Virus record (IMG/VR): IMGVR_UViG_3300048631_000451
Coordinates: 1-54,758 of that record
Length of the DNA stretch: 54,758 nucleotides
Direction: 5' to 3' (one strand)
Source: a virus
Lineage: Duplodnaviria > Caudoviricetes
Position numbers and translations under genes: made by a program. The notes beneath the pieces were generated by a model. It saw only the letters and a list, made by a program, of their open reading frames with translations. It was not told the DNA's origin and ran no database searches. This document shows, in pieces, positions 1-9,496 of this stretch; position 1 is the stretch's first letter; each line of letters starts with the position of its first letter.

Positions 1-19
1 TTATAATAACCGATTAGAA

Positions 20-709
20 TTATAGAAATTTAGCTCTGTAAGCTTCACAATTTGACAACTTTGAAACTAAAAATTCTGCTTCTTTAATTGTTATTCTAAG
101 ATTGTATTTCAATTTTACTGCTCTCCATTTCATCAGGTAGTCACAATGAAATGCCTTATTTTCCGGCATCCACTCTAATGGTGACTTAGCGCCTTTAGCT
201 TGATTTGAATTATCTTCAACCGCTAATAAGTTTTCAAAATCATTCGCAAAAGCCCGCTTTTGTTCTCGAGTCCAATTTGCTGCACCTGTTTCATGTGCAT
301 GCGCTAAAGGAACTATATGATCAATGTCTAAATCAGATGCTTTAGTAAAAACTTGTAAAGTGTATGGATCTAACCATTCGCCCCATGAAACATTGCAGCC
401 TTTATTTCTTTTGAATTTTACAGGGGCTCGAGAGTCGCGGATCAGTATCTCAGCTCGAGTATCTTGGCAGTCAGAGTCTGCATCTACCCAGTGAGGCCAA
501 TCTTTTCTGTTGTAACTTGTTAGAACTGGTGGAGAAGTTGGCGTGATTACTGAAGTGGATTTATTTGTATAGGGCTTTGTCTTTGCGCCATGACAATGAT
601 AGCCACCATTTTTGCGGTCATTATGACAGCCTTCTGAATTCGTTCGCCCACTATGAGCAGAAGATGATAAAGAAATCATGGATAACGATAAAAAAACAAA
701 CAGTTTCAT
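20..709 (-). CDS. Secreted HNH-family nuclease (DUF1524-like) with N-terminal YHYH-type His/Cys domain
   Basis: Start reassigned to M42 of the ORF (AAGGA RBS upstream), giving a signal peptide MKLFVFLSLSMISLSSSA. Motifs HSGRTNSEGCH..GGYHCH, YNRKDWPHWVDADSDCQDTR, DIDHIVPL, NLLAV..SNQAKG..PLEWMP. Confidence 0.85.
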   Translation of the reverse strand: MKLFVFLSLSMISLSSSAHSGRTNSEGCHNDRKNGGYHCHGAKTKPYTNKSTSVITPTSPPVLTSYNRKDWPHWVDADSDCQDTRAEILIRDSRAPVKFKRNKGCNVSWGEWLDPYTLQVFTKASDLDIDHIVPLAHAHETGAANWTREQKRAFANDFENLLAVEDNSNQAKGAKSPLEWMPENKAFHCDYLMKWRAVKLKYNLRITIKEAEFLVSKLSNCEAYRAKFL

Positions 710-881
710 ATAAATTCCTTTTAAACATTTAAAAACTAGTTGACGATGAGGTGTCGTTTTATGTACTTTTGAATTGTTCAAAATTATGTACTGAATTACT
801 TGCTTATTCATTTTACATCCTTTTAAGGACATTCCTTTTGTGGAGGCCCCCTACCCAAGGGTCAGAAGCATTGGACGATTG

Positions 882-911
882 GGCAGGTCCAATTTTAGTA
901 TTGGACCTGCC
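882..911. repeat. Perfect 12-bp inverted repeat GGCAGGTCCAAT-N6-ATTGGACCTGCC in a divergent intergenic region
   Basis: Read directly from the sequence; an extra TTGGAC half-site lies at 871-876. Confidence 0.8.
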
Positions 912-1140
912 TTAAATTGCCAGCAATTTCTTATCTTCAAATTCCAATCAAATAGTATTGATCCAAAGGTACTCAATTAAAACAAATAAAATCCAAACAA
1001 GATGTTGAACTATATTTTTTAAAGCCCACTTCATATTAGATTAAGCTAACCTAGTATAAAATTTTTCAATTTTTAAGAACTACTAGGAAAATCTGCTTGA
1101 CTTAGGTAACATACAACAAAATGGAATTTGTGGCGAAACA

Positions 1141-1920
1141 ATGACAACAACAATTTACGATATCTATAACAAACGTGTTGCTTCTGATACGCGTTGGTCT
1201 GCAAAAGCAAGACTTTCTGATGGTAACGTTTACTTTTTCTATACTGATATTGCTAAGTTTGAGAAAATAGCTAATCTTGAAAATGCAGTTCTTATTCTTG
1301 CAGGAAATGGGCAATTAATAGCTCAATGGAAAGATTGGTGGTTCAACAGCTTGGACACAAGCAAACTACCAGAAACTAAAGATAGCTCAGGAAAAGAGGC
1401 TATTAGTCTGCTGATAATTGATAAAAAAAATAACGAAGTACTTTTTGATGCAGGACATAAGTATTTATGCTTTTGTAAAGAAACAGATGAAGTTATTTCT
1501 GTTTTTTCAGGCTCAGGCAACTTGTATGCTGCTCAGTGCTGGAACTTGAACCGATGTACAGACCTTGCGATCAAGACTGCATCGACACTAGACCTACATA
1601 CCAGTGATATTGTGAAATATGTATGCTTTGAAAGTGACGACAATAATGTCAGTGTACCAAACAATGATTACAACACCATCGTTGATTCGATGCTTACGGA
1701 GGGTTATTTTATGGAATTAAACATAGAAACTGCTGCTAACGATATTGGTGAGCCTTTATCTAAAAGTAAAATTCATGATGAAATTGCTAAGCAACTTTTC
1801 AATGGTGATGTTGTTGCCTCAGCTCCTGCTCCAGGTCTAAGCAACTTTAAGTGGGATGAGAAAAACAAGTCCAAATTTGAAGCAGCTATTAAGAAAGTTA
1901 AAGAGTTAGAGTCTCTTTAA
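1141..1920 (+). CDS. Ntn-hydrolase (HslV/proteasome beta-like) fold protein, putative moron
   Basis: N-terminal MTTT..VASDTR, K..I..L.LAG and SGSG motifs parallel Thr1, D17, K33, G47 and GSG of proteasome-type subunits. AT-rich and opposite in orientation to the late operon. Confidence 0.6.
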   Translation: MTTTIYDIYNKRVASDTRWSAKARLSDGNVYFFYTDIAKFEKIANLENAVLILAGNGQLIAQWKDWWFNSLDTSKLPETKDSSGKEAISLLIIDKKNNEVLFDAGHKYLCFCKETDEVISVFSGSGNLYAAQCWNLNRCTDLAIKTASTLDLHTSDIVKYVCFESDDNNVSVPNNDYNTIVDSMLTEGYFMELNIETAANDIGEPLSKSKIHDEIAKQLFNGDVVASAPAPGLSNFKWDEKNKSKFEAAIKKVKELESL

Positions 1921-1939
1921 TTAATTAAGACTTATGTTT

Positions 1940-1965
1940 AAAGCCCGCTATTGAGCGGGCTTTTT
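1940..1965. terminator. Bidirectional intrinsic terminator
   Basis: AAAGCCCGCT-attg-AGCGGGCTTT-TT between convergent stop codons at 1920 and 1970. Confidence 0.9.
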
Positions 1966-1969
1966 CATA

Positions 1970-4900
1970 TCACTCACCCAACTTAAATGCCAAGTAAGCT
2001 TTATGGTAAATGATATTAATTTTTTTCTGTATTTTATCTATCTGCTCGCGTTTCTGAGAACTAGTTAATTGCCTACTATCATTAATTGCATTCTTAGCTT
2101 TGGTTAACTTTGATATAGAGCGTTGAACCTTTGCTAATCCCGTTCTAGAACGTAGTTTACTACCATCATCTTCAAGTAGCTCCTTAATGCGAGTAGTATC
2201 ACCAAGCTCCATAGCGCGCTTATAACTTCCATAGGCTTGATTAGCAGCATCAAGCGCATCATAGAACTCATTTGCAAACTTAGTGTTCGATTTGGGCGTG
2301 TCACCTTGGTAAAAAGATTTAATCACCGGGTATCTATTAATTGGTGTTTCAGCATTAACCTTACCAATGGCCTGTCTTGCAATCATATCGCTGACTCCAA
2401 GAACATAGCTCCCCATCGTACCGGTATAACCTAAAATCACATGCTCAATTTTCTTAGGTGACCAACCAAGCGTTTTGCCCAATGCAATTGCGGTGTCACT
2501 AGTGAAAGCACTGTAACGGTCTTGGGCTTGTTTATTTTGATCTGCCATGCCTTCAATAGGTGCATCTCTAAAGAATGAACGGTTTAATGACGTTTCAACA
2601 AGCGGCAGTATAAATTGGGGTGTAGGGTTTAATGCCATCGTTGTTAGGGCTGCATGCATTAATGACTTTTGCAGATCCTTGCTGCTCTGGTTACCCGCGG
2701 CGTAGTTAAACAACCTCTCTGGAATGGTGCCAAAAATCACGCCTAACTCAAATGGCTTAGGAATGCGCCAATGATCATCACCAGAAAAGAAATGCCAGTT
2801 AGCATCTTTATCCCAATCAGGTAATGCTTGGTAACGTTCGTCATCATCATTATACATAGCCAATGCAAGACTAAAGGCTGCGACTTTAATACCTTTCATT
2901 GCTAGTTCACGACTGAGCACTTTAACTAATTGATCATCACCTTGTGCTTTAGCCGCTCTTACTAGTTTACTCATGCCTTGTAAACGTGCGTTAAAGAATG
3001 GCAATACATCAACCATGAAATTAATTGTCGTAAAATTACCTTTAAGGCTGTAATCCATTAAGTCTTTCGCTTCAAAAGCTGCTTGTCGCTTACTTTTGTT
3101 GTTTGCTAATGCCGCTTCATATGTGCTTAACCGGTTGGCATTCTCAACCTTGTCGCTTATATTCCGATATGTTTCTAGTAACTGCTTACCGTTGGTCACT
3201 AAACTGCCTAGATAAGTATTTATCTCGTTCTCAGATAAACCTTTCTTTGCTAATGCTCTACGAGTTTGCTGTGCGGCAGCTTCTGGATCTGCTCCATGAA
3301 TATAACCACCTTGGAAGGCTGCTCCACTGAATATAAGGTCTCGGTACGCTTCATCTTCCTTAAACGCTTTTTTCAAACCTTTAACGCTGTCTGCAGCAAA
3401 TTTGAACCCATCTTTATTGATCATCCAAGCATGCGCCGCATCACGAATAAAGTTCTTTGCAATAAAGTCAGGTGACAATGTTATACCTGCAGTTAAAAAC
3501 CTTTTTGCGCTACGGCCGATTTTATTAACGATATTCTGGCTACCCGAGCTGTTCACTTGAATAAGTGAGCGCATGAGAGCGGGATCACTAACTAAGTATG
3601 CTTGTGGCTCACCGTTTATCATAACTCGTACTTTACTGTTTCGATTCAACTCTTCTTGCGTCATGCTTTTAGCATCATCGCTCTTTTCATGGATCATAAA
3701 GTCAGTGCCATCAAGGTTTGATACGACTTCCTGCATAGCTTTGTTCTTGAGTGACGCTTCAATTAAAGTGCTTTGGCGAGTGATGATGTTCTCTAATAGG
3801 TCCTTGGTAGATTGTTTGCCGCCCTTAAGTTCTTTAATTTGTGCTGACTGGCCTGCAATACCTTTGCGTGTGTGAGGCTCGACGATAGAGCGTTTTATTG
3901 CATCCATTTCTGGATCGGTTTCACCTATATCACGGAAAAATGGGACGTAGTATTCTTCATCGAATGACTTGCGCTGCTGTGTATTAATGAGCCCTGCACC
4001 TTGAGCTACATCGAGAATAGCTGAATTGATTTTATTGTACTCGGCTCTAACCTCTTCAAAGAGTTTTTCTTTTCCTTTCGCTAGTGACTTGAGTTCTTCA
4101 ATATCAGCTTTTGATAAATTATTTTCTCTTCCTTGTGCCTTTAATCGTTCAGCTCTGTGAGCCCCCATCCACGCTAACCAATCATTTAAATCGTTTTCAA
4201 CCATACTAAAAACTTCGAGCAAGCCCTTTGTGTTTTCTTTACGTTGAATGATCCCGTCTTTCCATTGCGGCGCACCATAATTGAATACACCGTGTAATAC
4301 GTCAGAAACTCCTGCCGCCAAACGCGCACTTACATAGCCTTGTTTATTGGGATCAGTTACACCAATCGCTTCCTCTGCTTGTTTAATGCCTGCAAGACCA
4401 TCAAAGATACCTTCATTCAATCGGTTCCAAAAAGGAGCACTCTTTAAAGTCTCCATAACTTCAGCCGTTCGCTCTTTCGCTTTATCTGACAAGGTTTTCT
4501 GAGCACTTTCAGTTAAGCCCAGCTTTTCTTTGGCAGTGCGTTTATCAGCAGTCGTCGTTTGACTAAATTTATTTCCCGTCTGGCTGTATGCTAACTCCCC
4601 TATTGAGTCGGTGTATGGAGCATTTTTCGATTTAAAGCCTTTCACAATGCTGTGCAGCATTTCGCGCATATGAGTAATCTCATCATCTTCACGATACATA
4701 ATACCGGCTTTATCAAGCTGTGCTTTTAGCCAACGCTTTAATGCCTGCCACCAATACTTAAGCTCACCTTTACTAGGCTCATTCTCAACAAATCGTGCAA
4801 ATATTTCTTCTGCTTTTACGTCATCGCTGGAATCCCAATAATCTTTATTGGCATCTTTCCAATATTGTTCAAATGCTTTTCGACCTTTCGTTTTTTTTAT

Positions 4901-7900
4901 GCGATTTAAGAACTCTTGATGTGCTTCCTTACCTATAACAGTGTCTAAACCACCATGAGCAATAGTTTCATGTGCTAAAGTTCGTTTTAAATCTGATTCG
5001 CTTTCAATATTCTCTGCTATTACATAGACCGTTTTAGTTTTATCGTTATAAGCCCCCTTAACGATTGAGTCACTTAAACTCATACGCCATAGCTTCTCAG
5101 CATCGTTAGTTGATTCGAGTACATGAATATTAATTCCATTGGCGCCATTCAAAGATTTAATGAAACTATTTGCTGTTTTTTCAGCATCACCTTTTGCAAC
5201 ACCTTTAGCCTTTTCTTTGGCATTGGATTTAGAGAAGAACTTGATCCCTTCAGGCGTTTCTTTATGTTCGATTGTGTCAAACAATGCTTGATAGGCTTCA
5301 TTGATTGGGGTTTGCTCTGAACTCGATGGGTAAGGGAATGTATTGCCATCTTCAAAACCAAGTGACTCCGCCGCACTCCAAGCTTCATCACTAACTACAT
5401 TTGCTAAATAATCGTTTTTAATTTTTCCTTTATTCAACTTATCGATTATGAATGTCTCAAATGAACGCGCTGTCATTTCAACATTTGTGGACCAATACTT
5501 TTTAGATTTACGTTGATCTAACTTTAATGACCGGCTGGGTAAATCGCTTGCATTAATAACATTTCGCACCCTCTTAAACGCTTCAGCCATTTCTGGGCGA
5601 ACTTCATCGCCTTTTAAGTGATATGGTGACTCTGTAATAAAATCTGAACCGCTATTTTTTTGCCTGCCAAAATAATTATCAAGTGCATGCCACCATTCAT
5701 GAGCAAGGGAACCTGAACCCGACTTCTTAGTTAAGTTAATAACCATATTGCCTGATTCGTAATGTGCTGCTGCGGGCTCTTTGCCCCCCGTTCCTCTGGC
5801 ACCAAATGCAAGGCCAAGCTGACCATTTAAACTAAGCGCTTTCGGTGGCACATCTATCGCTTCTGCTAAATCCATCAATGCATCATATGCTTGGTTGAGA
5901 TCCTTTTGTCTCTTACCCTGTTCAACCCAATTCCCAAATTCAACACCTCGAAACCCAAATGCTTCAGTAAACGTTCCAGGTGTTACATTATCAGAGTGTC
6001 TTTCTGGTCCTGTTCGTTCCGCATTCACAGGCTTACGCATATTCGGTGTGGACTTTAATTTCTGCAACTTCTCTTCAACTGCATCTCTGTTAGTACTTAA
6101 ATGCTCTCGAGCTTCGCCCGGGGTTTTGAAGTCTTGAATTTTTAATACACCACTCGCACCCTTCCAGCCCAAATACACTTGGCCGGTATACCTGTCACGA
6201 AACACATTTATTTTGGAATGTCTTGCTTGTCTATTTGTTGATTGACTCTCAATCTTAATTATTTCAGCTAACTGCTTTTGAGCTTCTTCCAATGTCTCAA
6301 CTGCATTATCTAAGCTTATACGGCGACCTTGTTTTTCAATAGTGTAAAAAGTTTTAGCTGGCTTGTGTTCTTTGCCATTGAACAAGCTATATTTGGCAGA
6401 ACGTATGCGATATTTCGCCGCCTCTTTCAGAATTGCAGGGTTCGCATTTGCAATTGTGCCTAAAGCCTCTTTAGCGCCATTTAAAGTACCTTTGCGCATG
6501 AAGTGACTAAGTAAGTTAATTTCACTTTCAGGGTCGGCCCCCTCTTTCAAAACTCGATTAATCGATTGCTTAACTTTATCTACATAATCAGCCCAGTCGC
6601 TGACCTTATGACTCAATTTTGGTTTTGCAGGTATGCTCCCTCTTGCCATTGCAATAAAAGTTAATGCTTTAGAATCTGCGCCTTCATCTGACATTTTTTG
6701 GTAATCAGGTTGAGGCAAGGCTTTGCTAAGTGGTTTCGATTTTATTGAGTCTGATTTTTCGTCAAGGCTTTCTGCAAACCCGCCCCATAAATCTTTACGA
6801 GCACCACCTAACTTTTCACCGAAATCTTCAATGACTTCTGAATCACTTGTTTGCTTTCTTTCCTGTTCGCTAGGTACAGAAAAGCCGCTCTGTGGCGGCT
6901 CTGCTTTTTGCTCTGGTGTCTTATCATAAGTTGGCGGCTCTTTATCTTTTATGCCGAACTCTTTTCTTAACTCGTTATAAGCCTGCCGATTAATACTTTC
7001 AGGTGTGTCAGCATTAAACCGCTGATAAGTTTCAAAAGACTGCTCTGCAAACGCTTTATCAACAGCAGACTCATACCCTTCATCTAGTTTTTTCATAGCA
7101 GCTTCATAGCCAGGTGAATCTTTTTTAAGACCTTGCTTTTTAGCTTCAGCTTGAAGCCATTTCCGTTTAGATGTTTTTAGGATTGGTGGCAGTTCGTTTG
7201 TTTGTTCAAGGGTGACCGGGTCTTTTTCAATTGATTTACCAGTGTTGTCCTGAGTTTCAGTACTCGGCATTTCTTTTGCCAGTGGCACTAATCGCTCTAT
7301 TGGTGCATCTAAACGAATTATTTTAACAGGCTTATTCTTTTCACTAGCAGCTAGCCATTGGTGGTGACCATCTAATATATGGTTATCATTCGACACTAAA
7401 ATCGAACGCTCGCCGCCTTCGTATTCTTTAGCTTGTGTAACTTTGTTAGGTGAGAACTCTGCTTGTGTTGGTTTCAACGACTGTGCTGAAACTGTATCTT
7501 GCTTGTGCTCAATGCCTCTGGCTTTCATGAAGTTAACCATGGCACCGCGATTTTCCGCTTTTATTTGTGGCATTTCACCACGCGGTATTTTTTTAGTTTG
7601 GCTTTGTGGTGAAAAAGCCTGCCATTCAGAATCTATCATTTCGCCTTTGATGTCGGCCTGTTTTCCTGTGGCTTCTTCTGTTGCGGGCTCAGTGCCCTTA
7701 CCTTTATTTTGAGCGGGACTTTTAATCGTCCAACCAAAACCATTATCAAAGGAAACTGCTTTAGTTTTATCGCCAGCTCTACGTGCTGCACGTGCCTCTT
7801 TGCTTAACAATGCATCGCGTTTGCTTTTAAATGGTTGTCCGTCCTTTTGAACGTTTATACCACTTTGATCACCTGAAAAAATTATATCTTTATGTTGCAA

Positions 7901-9496
7901 TAAGTTCTCAGCGTCACGACCTGCTTTCTCTACTCGTTGTTGAGCCTCTTGCTTAGGCCTGCCATCTTCAGCAAAGATAATATCTTTTTGTTCAATGCCT
8001 TCTGGTTGCGCGGCAAGATCAGCAAAAACCTTTTCACGCGCTTGGCGATCCGCTATTTCTTGTGATGTTGGGAGTTTGCCCTGTTCTGGCTCTACAGTTC
8101 CTTCGATTGGTGCTTTTTCAATCCCTTGCCTGTTCTGAGGTTCAGCTTCTAAATAGTCGCCTTCATGCGTGTACTTAATGGGGCTAAAACGGTCCTCTGG
8201 TGTTGGTGATTTATCTAAAGCCGCTGCTTGTACTCGCTCATTGACTGACGGCGATCTATTGCCATCATTAAGTGCTTTTATTGAATCTTGGACTGGGCTA
8301 GTAAGCATATCACCATATTGCCCGGCATCTTTGTTTGACTCACCAAAGCCAGCTTGTCTCGCTGCAGTTGGTGCGTCATAATTTACATCACTAACTGCAT
8401 CATTTTCACCTAGATTAGTTGTCACATTTTCATTAGGCGAAGCCTGCTCAGGTAATGGCTCAGGTTCTGATGCTGCATTAAATAAGTCGTTATCTATACC
8501 AAACTTTTCTTTCATGGTTCGAGCAACAATTGCAGAGGCTTCAGCATCAGTAAAACCTTGCTTTTTAGCCGCTTCAAACTGTTTGACTCGTACCATATCA
8601 ATTGCTTCGTCTTGAGGTACACCTGACTCTACTAAACTATCAGCACTATTCTTCACTACCTCAGCTGTTCTTTGCTGATAGCCCAGTGCTTTTTGAGTTG
8701 CCTCAGAGCCAGTTCTAACTATACCCCCTACAACCAAACCGCCTACAAAAGCCTCGTCCAATTTTTCAAACTCATCCAGACTTTTGCCAGCCCCCCACTG
8801 CGCTAATGCTTCTTGGCCTGTCTCTGTAACGCCTTCACCAACTGCGCCTTTTAGTAGCCGTTTAGCAATACTAGGATCACGTACAGCTTCTGTTAATTCA
8901 CCTTTACCATAACGCTTTGCTGTCTCAAGAACTCCATCTCTTAAAATATCTTTACCTAGTTGGCCCATGCTAGCTTTAATGCCAAGTCGTTCAAGTAGCA
9001 TTTGCCCAGCACCTGACACAACTGCGCGTGTTGCATCTTTTTCACCTTCAGGCTGTTTTTCATAAGCTTCTTGTGCAAGGCCGCCGGCCATACCAAAAGC
9101 GCCTACACCCGTTGCAGCTCCCGCCATGTAAGGAATAGAGCCTGCGGTTAACTCGCCTGCATAGCTAGCAAAGTCACCTAGGCTATCAATGTCTTTGTAT
9201 GATTTAACTGTAGGTTCATAGCTATTTTGTTCTTCAATATTTCTGTCAATGCCTTCTTGAGCCCATTTCGATAATGAACCTCCTTGACCTATAGCTCTGC
9301 CTAATGAATTTGTTTGATCTTCTTTAGGTTTGCCAACATCTGTGAAACCTTTTACAGCTCGGTAACCTAACTCTTGTAGCTTATCAACACCTGCACCAAA
9401 TGATGCAGCTATTCCACTCTCTGTCTGTTCTTCAGCAAATGGATCTATAAATTCAATTTCTTTCTTAGTGAATGGGTCTATTATTTTATTGTTCAT
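1970..9496 (-). CDS. Large polyvalent virion/ejection protein (~2508 aa): ParB-like domain, zincin metallopeptidase/LPD1 region, second zincin motif, C-terminal LPD38-like region
   Basis: Start moved to MNNKIIDPF (9496), overlapping the upstream stop. Motifs LKPTQ..ILDGHHQW, EDFGEKLGGARKD, FRGVEFGNW, AHEWWHALD, YWSTNVEMTARSFE, LAHETIAHGGL, IPKPFELG. Last gene of the late operon, as in 933W-like phages. Confidence 0.85.
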   Translation of the reverse strand: MNNKIIDPFTKKEIEFIDPFAEEQTESGIAASFGAGVDKLQELGYRAVKGFTDVGKPKEDQTNSLGRAIGQGGSLSKWAQEGIDRNIEEQNSYEPTVKSYKDIDSLGDFASYAGELTAGSIPYMAGAATGVGAFGMAGGLAQEAYEKQPEGEKDATRAVVSGAGQMLLERLGIKASMGQLGKDILRDGVLETAKRYGKGELTEAVRDPSIAKRLLKGAVGEGVTETGQEALAQWGAGKSLDEFEKLDEAFVGGLVVGGIVRTGSEATQKALGYQQRTAEVVKNSADSLVESGVPQDEAIDMVRVKQFEAAKKQGFTDAEASAIVARTMKEKFGIDNDLFNAASEPEPLPEQASPNENVTTNLGENDAVSDVNYDAPTAARQAGFGESNKDAGQYGDMLTSPVQDSIKALNDGNRSPSVNERVQAAALDKSPTPEDRFSPIKYTHEGDYLEAEPQNRQGIEKAPIEGTVEPEQGKLPTSQEIADRQAREKVFADLAAQPEGIEQKDIIFAEDGRPKQEAQQRVEKAGRDAENLLQHKDIIFSGDQSGINVQKDGQPFKSKRDALLSKEARAARRAGDKTKAVSFDNGFGWTIKSPAQNKGKGTEPATEEATGKQADIKGEMIDSEWQAFSPQSQTKKIPRGEMPQIKAENRGAMVNFMKARGIEHKQDTVSAQSLKPTQAEFSPNKVTQAKEYEGGERSILVSNDNHILDGHHQWLAASEKNKPVKIIRLDAPIERLVPLAKEMPSTETQDNTGKSIEKDPVTLEQTNELPPILKTSKRKWLQAEAKKQGLKKDSPGYEAAMKKLDEGYESAVDKAFAEQSFETYQRFNADTPESINRQAYNELRKEFGIKDKEPPTYDKTPEQKAEPPQSGFSVPSEQERKQTSDSEVIEDFGEKLGGARKDLWGGFAESLDEKSDSIKSKPLSKALPQPDYQKMSDEGADSKALTFIAMARGSIPAKPKLSHKVSDWADYVDKVKQSINRVLKEGADPESEINLLSHFMRKGTLNGAKEALGTIANANPAILKEAAKYRIRSAKYSLFNGKEHKPAKTFYTIEKQGRRISLDNAVETLEEAQKQLAEIIKIESQSTNRQARHSKINVFRDRYTGQVYLGWKGASGVLKIQDFKTPGEAREHLSTNRDAVEEKLQKLKSTPNMRKPVNAERTGPERHSDNVTPGTFTEAFGFRGVEFGNWVEQGKRQKDLNQAYDALMDLAEAIDVPPKALSLNGQLGLAFGARGTGGKEPAAAHYESGNMVINLTKKSGSGSLAHEWWHALDNYFGRQKNSGSDFITESPYHLKGDEVRPEMAEAFKRVRNVINASDLPSRSLKLDQRKSKKYWSTNVEMTARSFETFIIDKLNKGKIKNDYLANVVSDEAWSAAESLGFEDGNTFPYPSSSEQTPINEAYQALFDTIEHKETPEGIKFFSKSNAKEKAKGVAKGDAEKTANSFIKSLNGANGINIHVLESTNDAEKLWRMSLSDSIVKGAYNDKTKTVYVIAENIESESDLKRTLAHETIAHGGLDTVIGKEAHQEFLNRIKKTKGRKAFEQYWKDANKDYWDSSDDVKAEEIFARFVENEPSKGELKYWWQALKRWLKAQLDKAGIMYREDDEITHMREMLHSIVKGFKSKNAPYTDSIGELAYSQTGNKFSQTTTADKRTAKEKLGLTESAQKTLSDKAKERTAEVMETLKSAPFWNRLNEGIFDGLAGIKQAEEAIGVTDPNKQGYVSARLAAGVSDVLHGVFNYGAPQWKDGIIQRKENTKGLLEVFSMVENDLNDWLAWMGAHRAERLKAQGRENNLSKADIEELKSLAKGKEKLFEEVRAEYNKINSAILDVAQGAGLINTQQRKSFDEEYYVPFFRDIGETDPEMDAIKRSIVEPHTRKGIAGQSAQIKELKGGKQSTKDLLENIITRQSTLIEASLKNKAMQEVVSNLDGTDFMIHEKSDDAKSMTQEELNRNSKVRVMINGEPQAYLVSDPALMRSLIQVNSSGSQNIVNKIGRSAKRFLTAGITLSPDFIAKNFIRDAAHAWMINKDGFKFAADSVKGLKKAFKEDEAYRDLIFSGAAFQGGYIHGADPEAAAQQTRRALAKKGLSENEINTYLGSLVTNGKQLLETYRNISDKVENANRLSTYEAALANNKSKRQAAFEAKDLMDYSLKGNFTTINFMVDVLPFFNARLQGMSKLVRAAKAQGDDQLVKVLSRELAMKGIKVAAFSLALAMYNDDDERYQALPDWDKDANWHFFSGDDHWRIPKPFELGVIFGTIPERLFNYAAGNQSSKDLQKSLMHAALTTMALNPTPQFILPLVETSLNRSFFRDAPIEGMADQNKQAQDRYSAFTSDTAIALGKTLGWSPKKIEHVILGYTGTMGSYVLGVSDMIARQAIGKVNAETPINRYPVIKSFYQGDTPKSNTKFANEFYDALDAANQAYGSYKRAMELGDTTRIKELLEDDGSKLRSRTGLAKVQRSISKLTKAKNAINDSRQLTSSQKREQIDKIQKKINIIYHKAYLAFKLGE

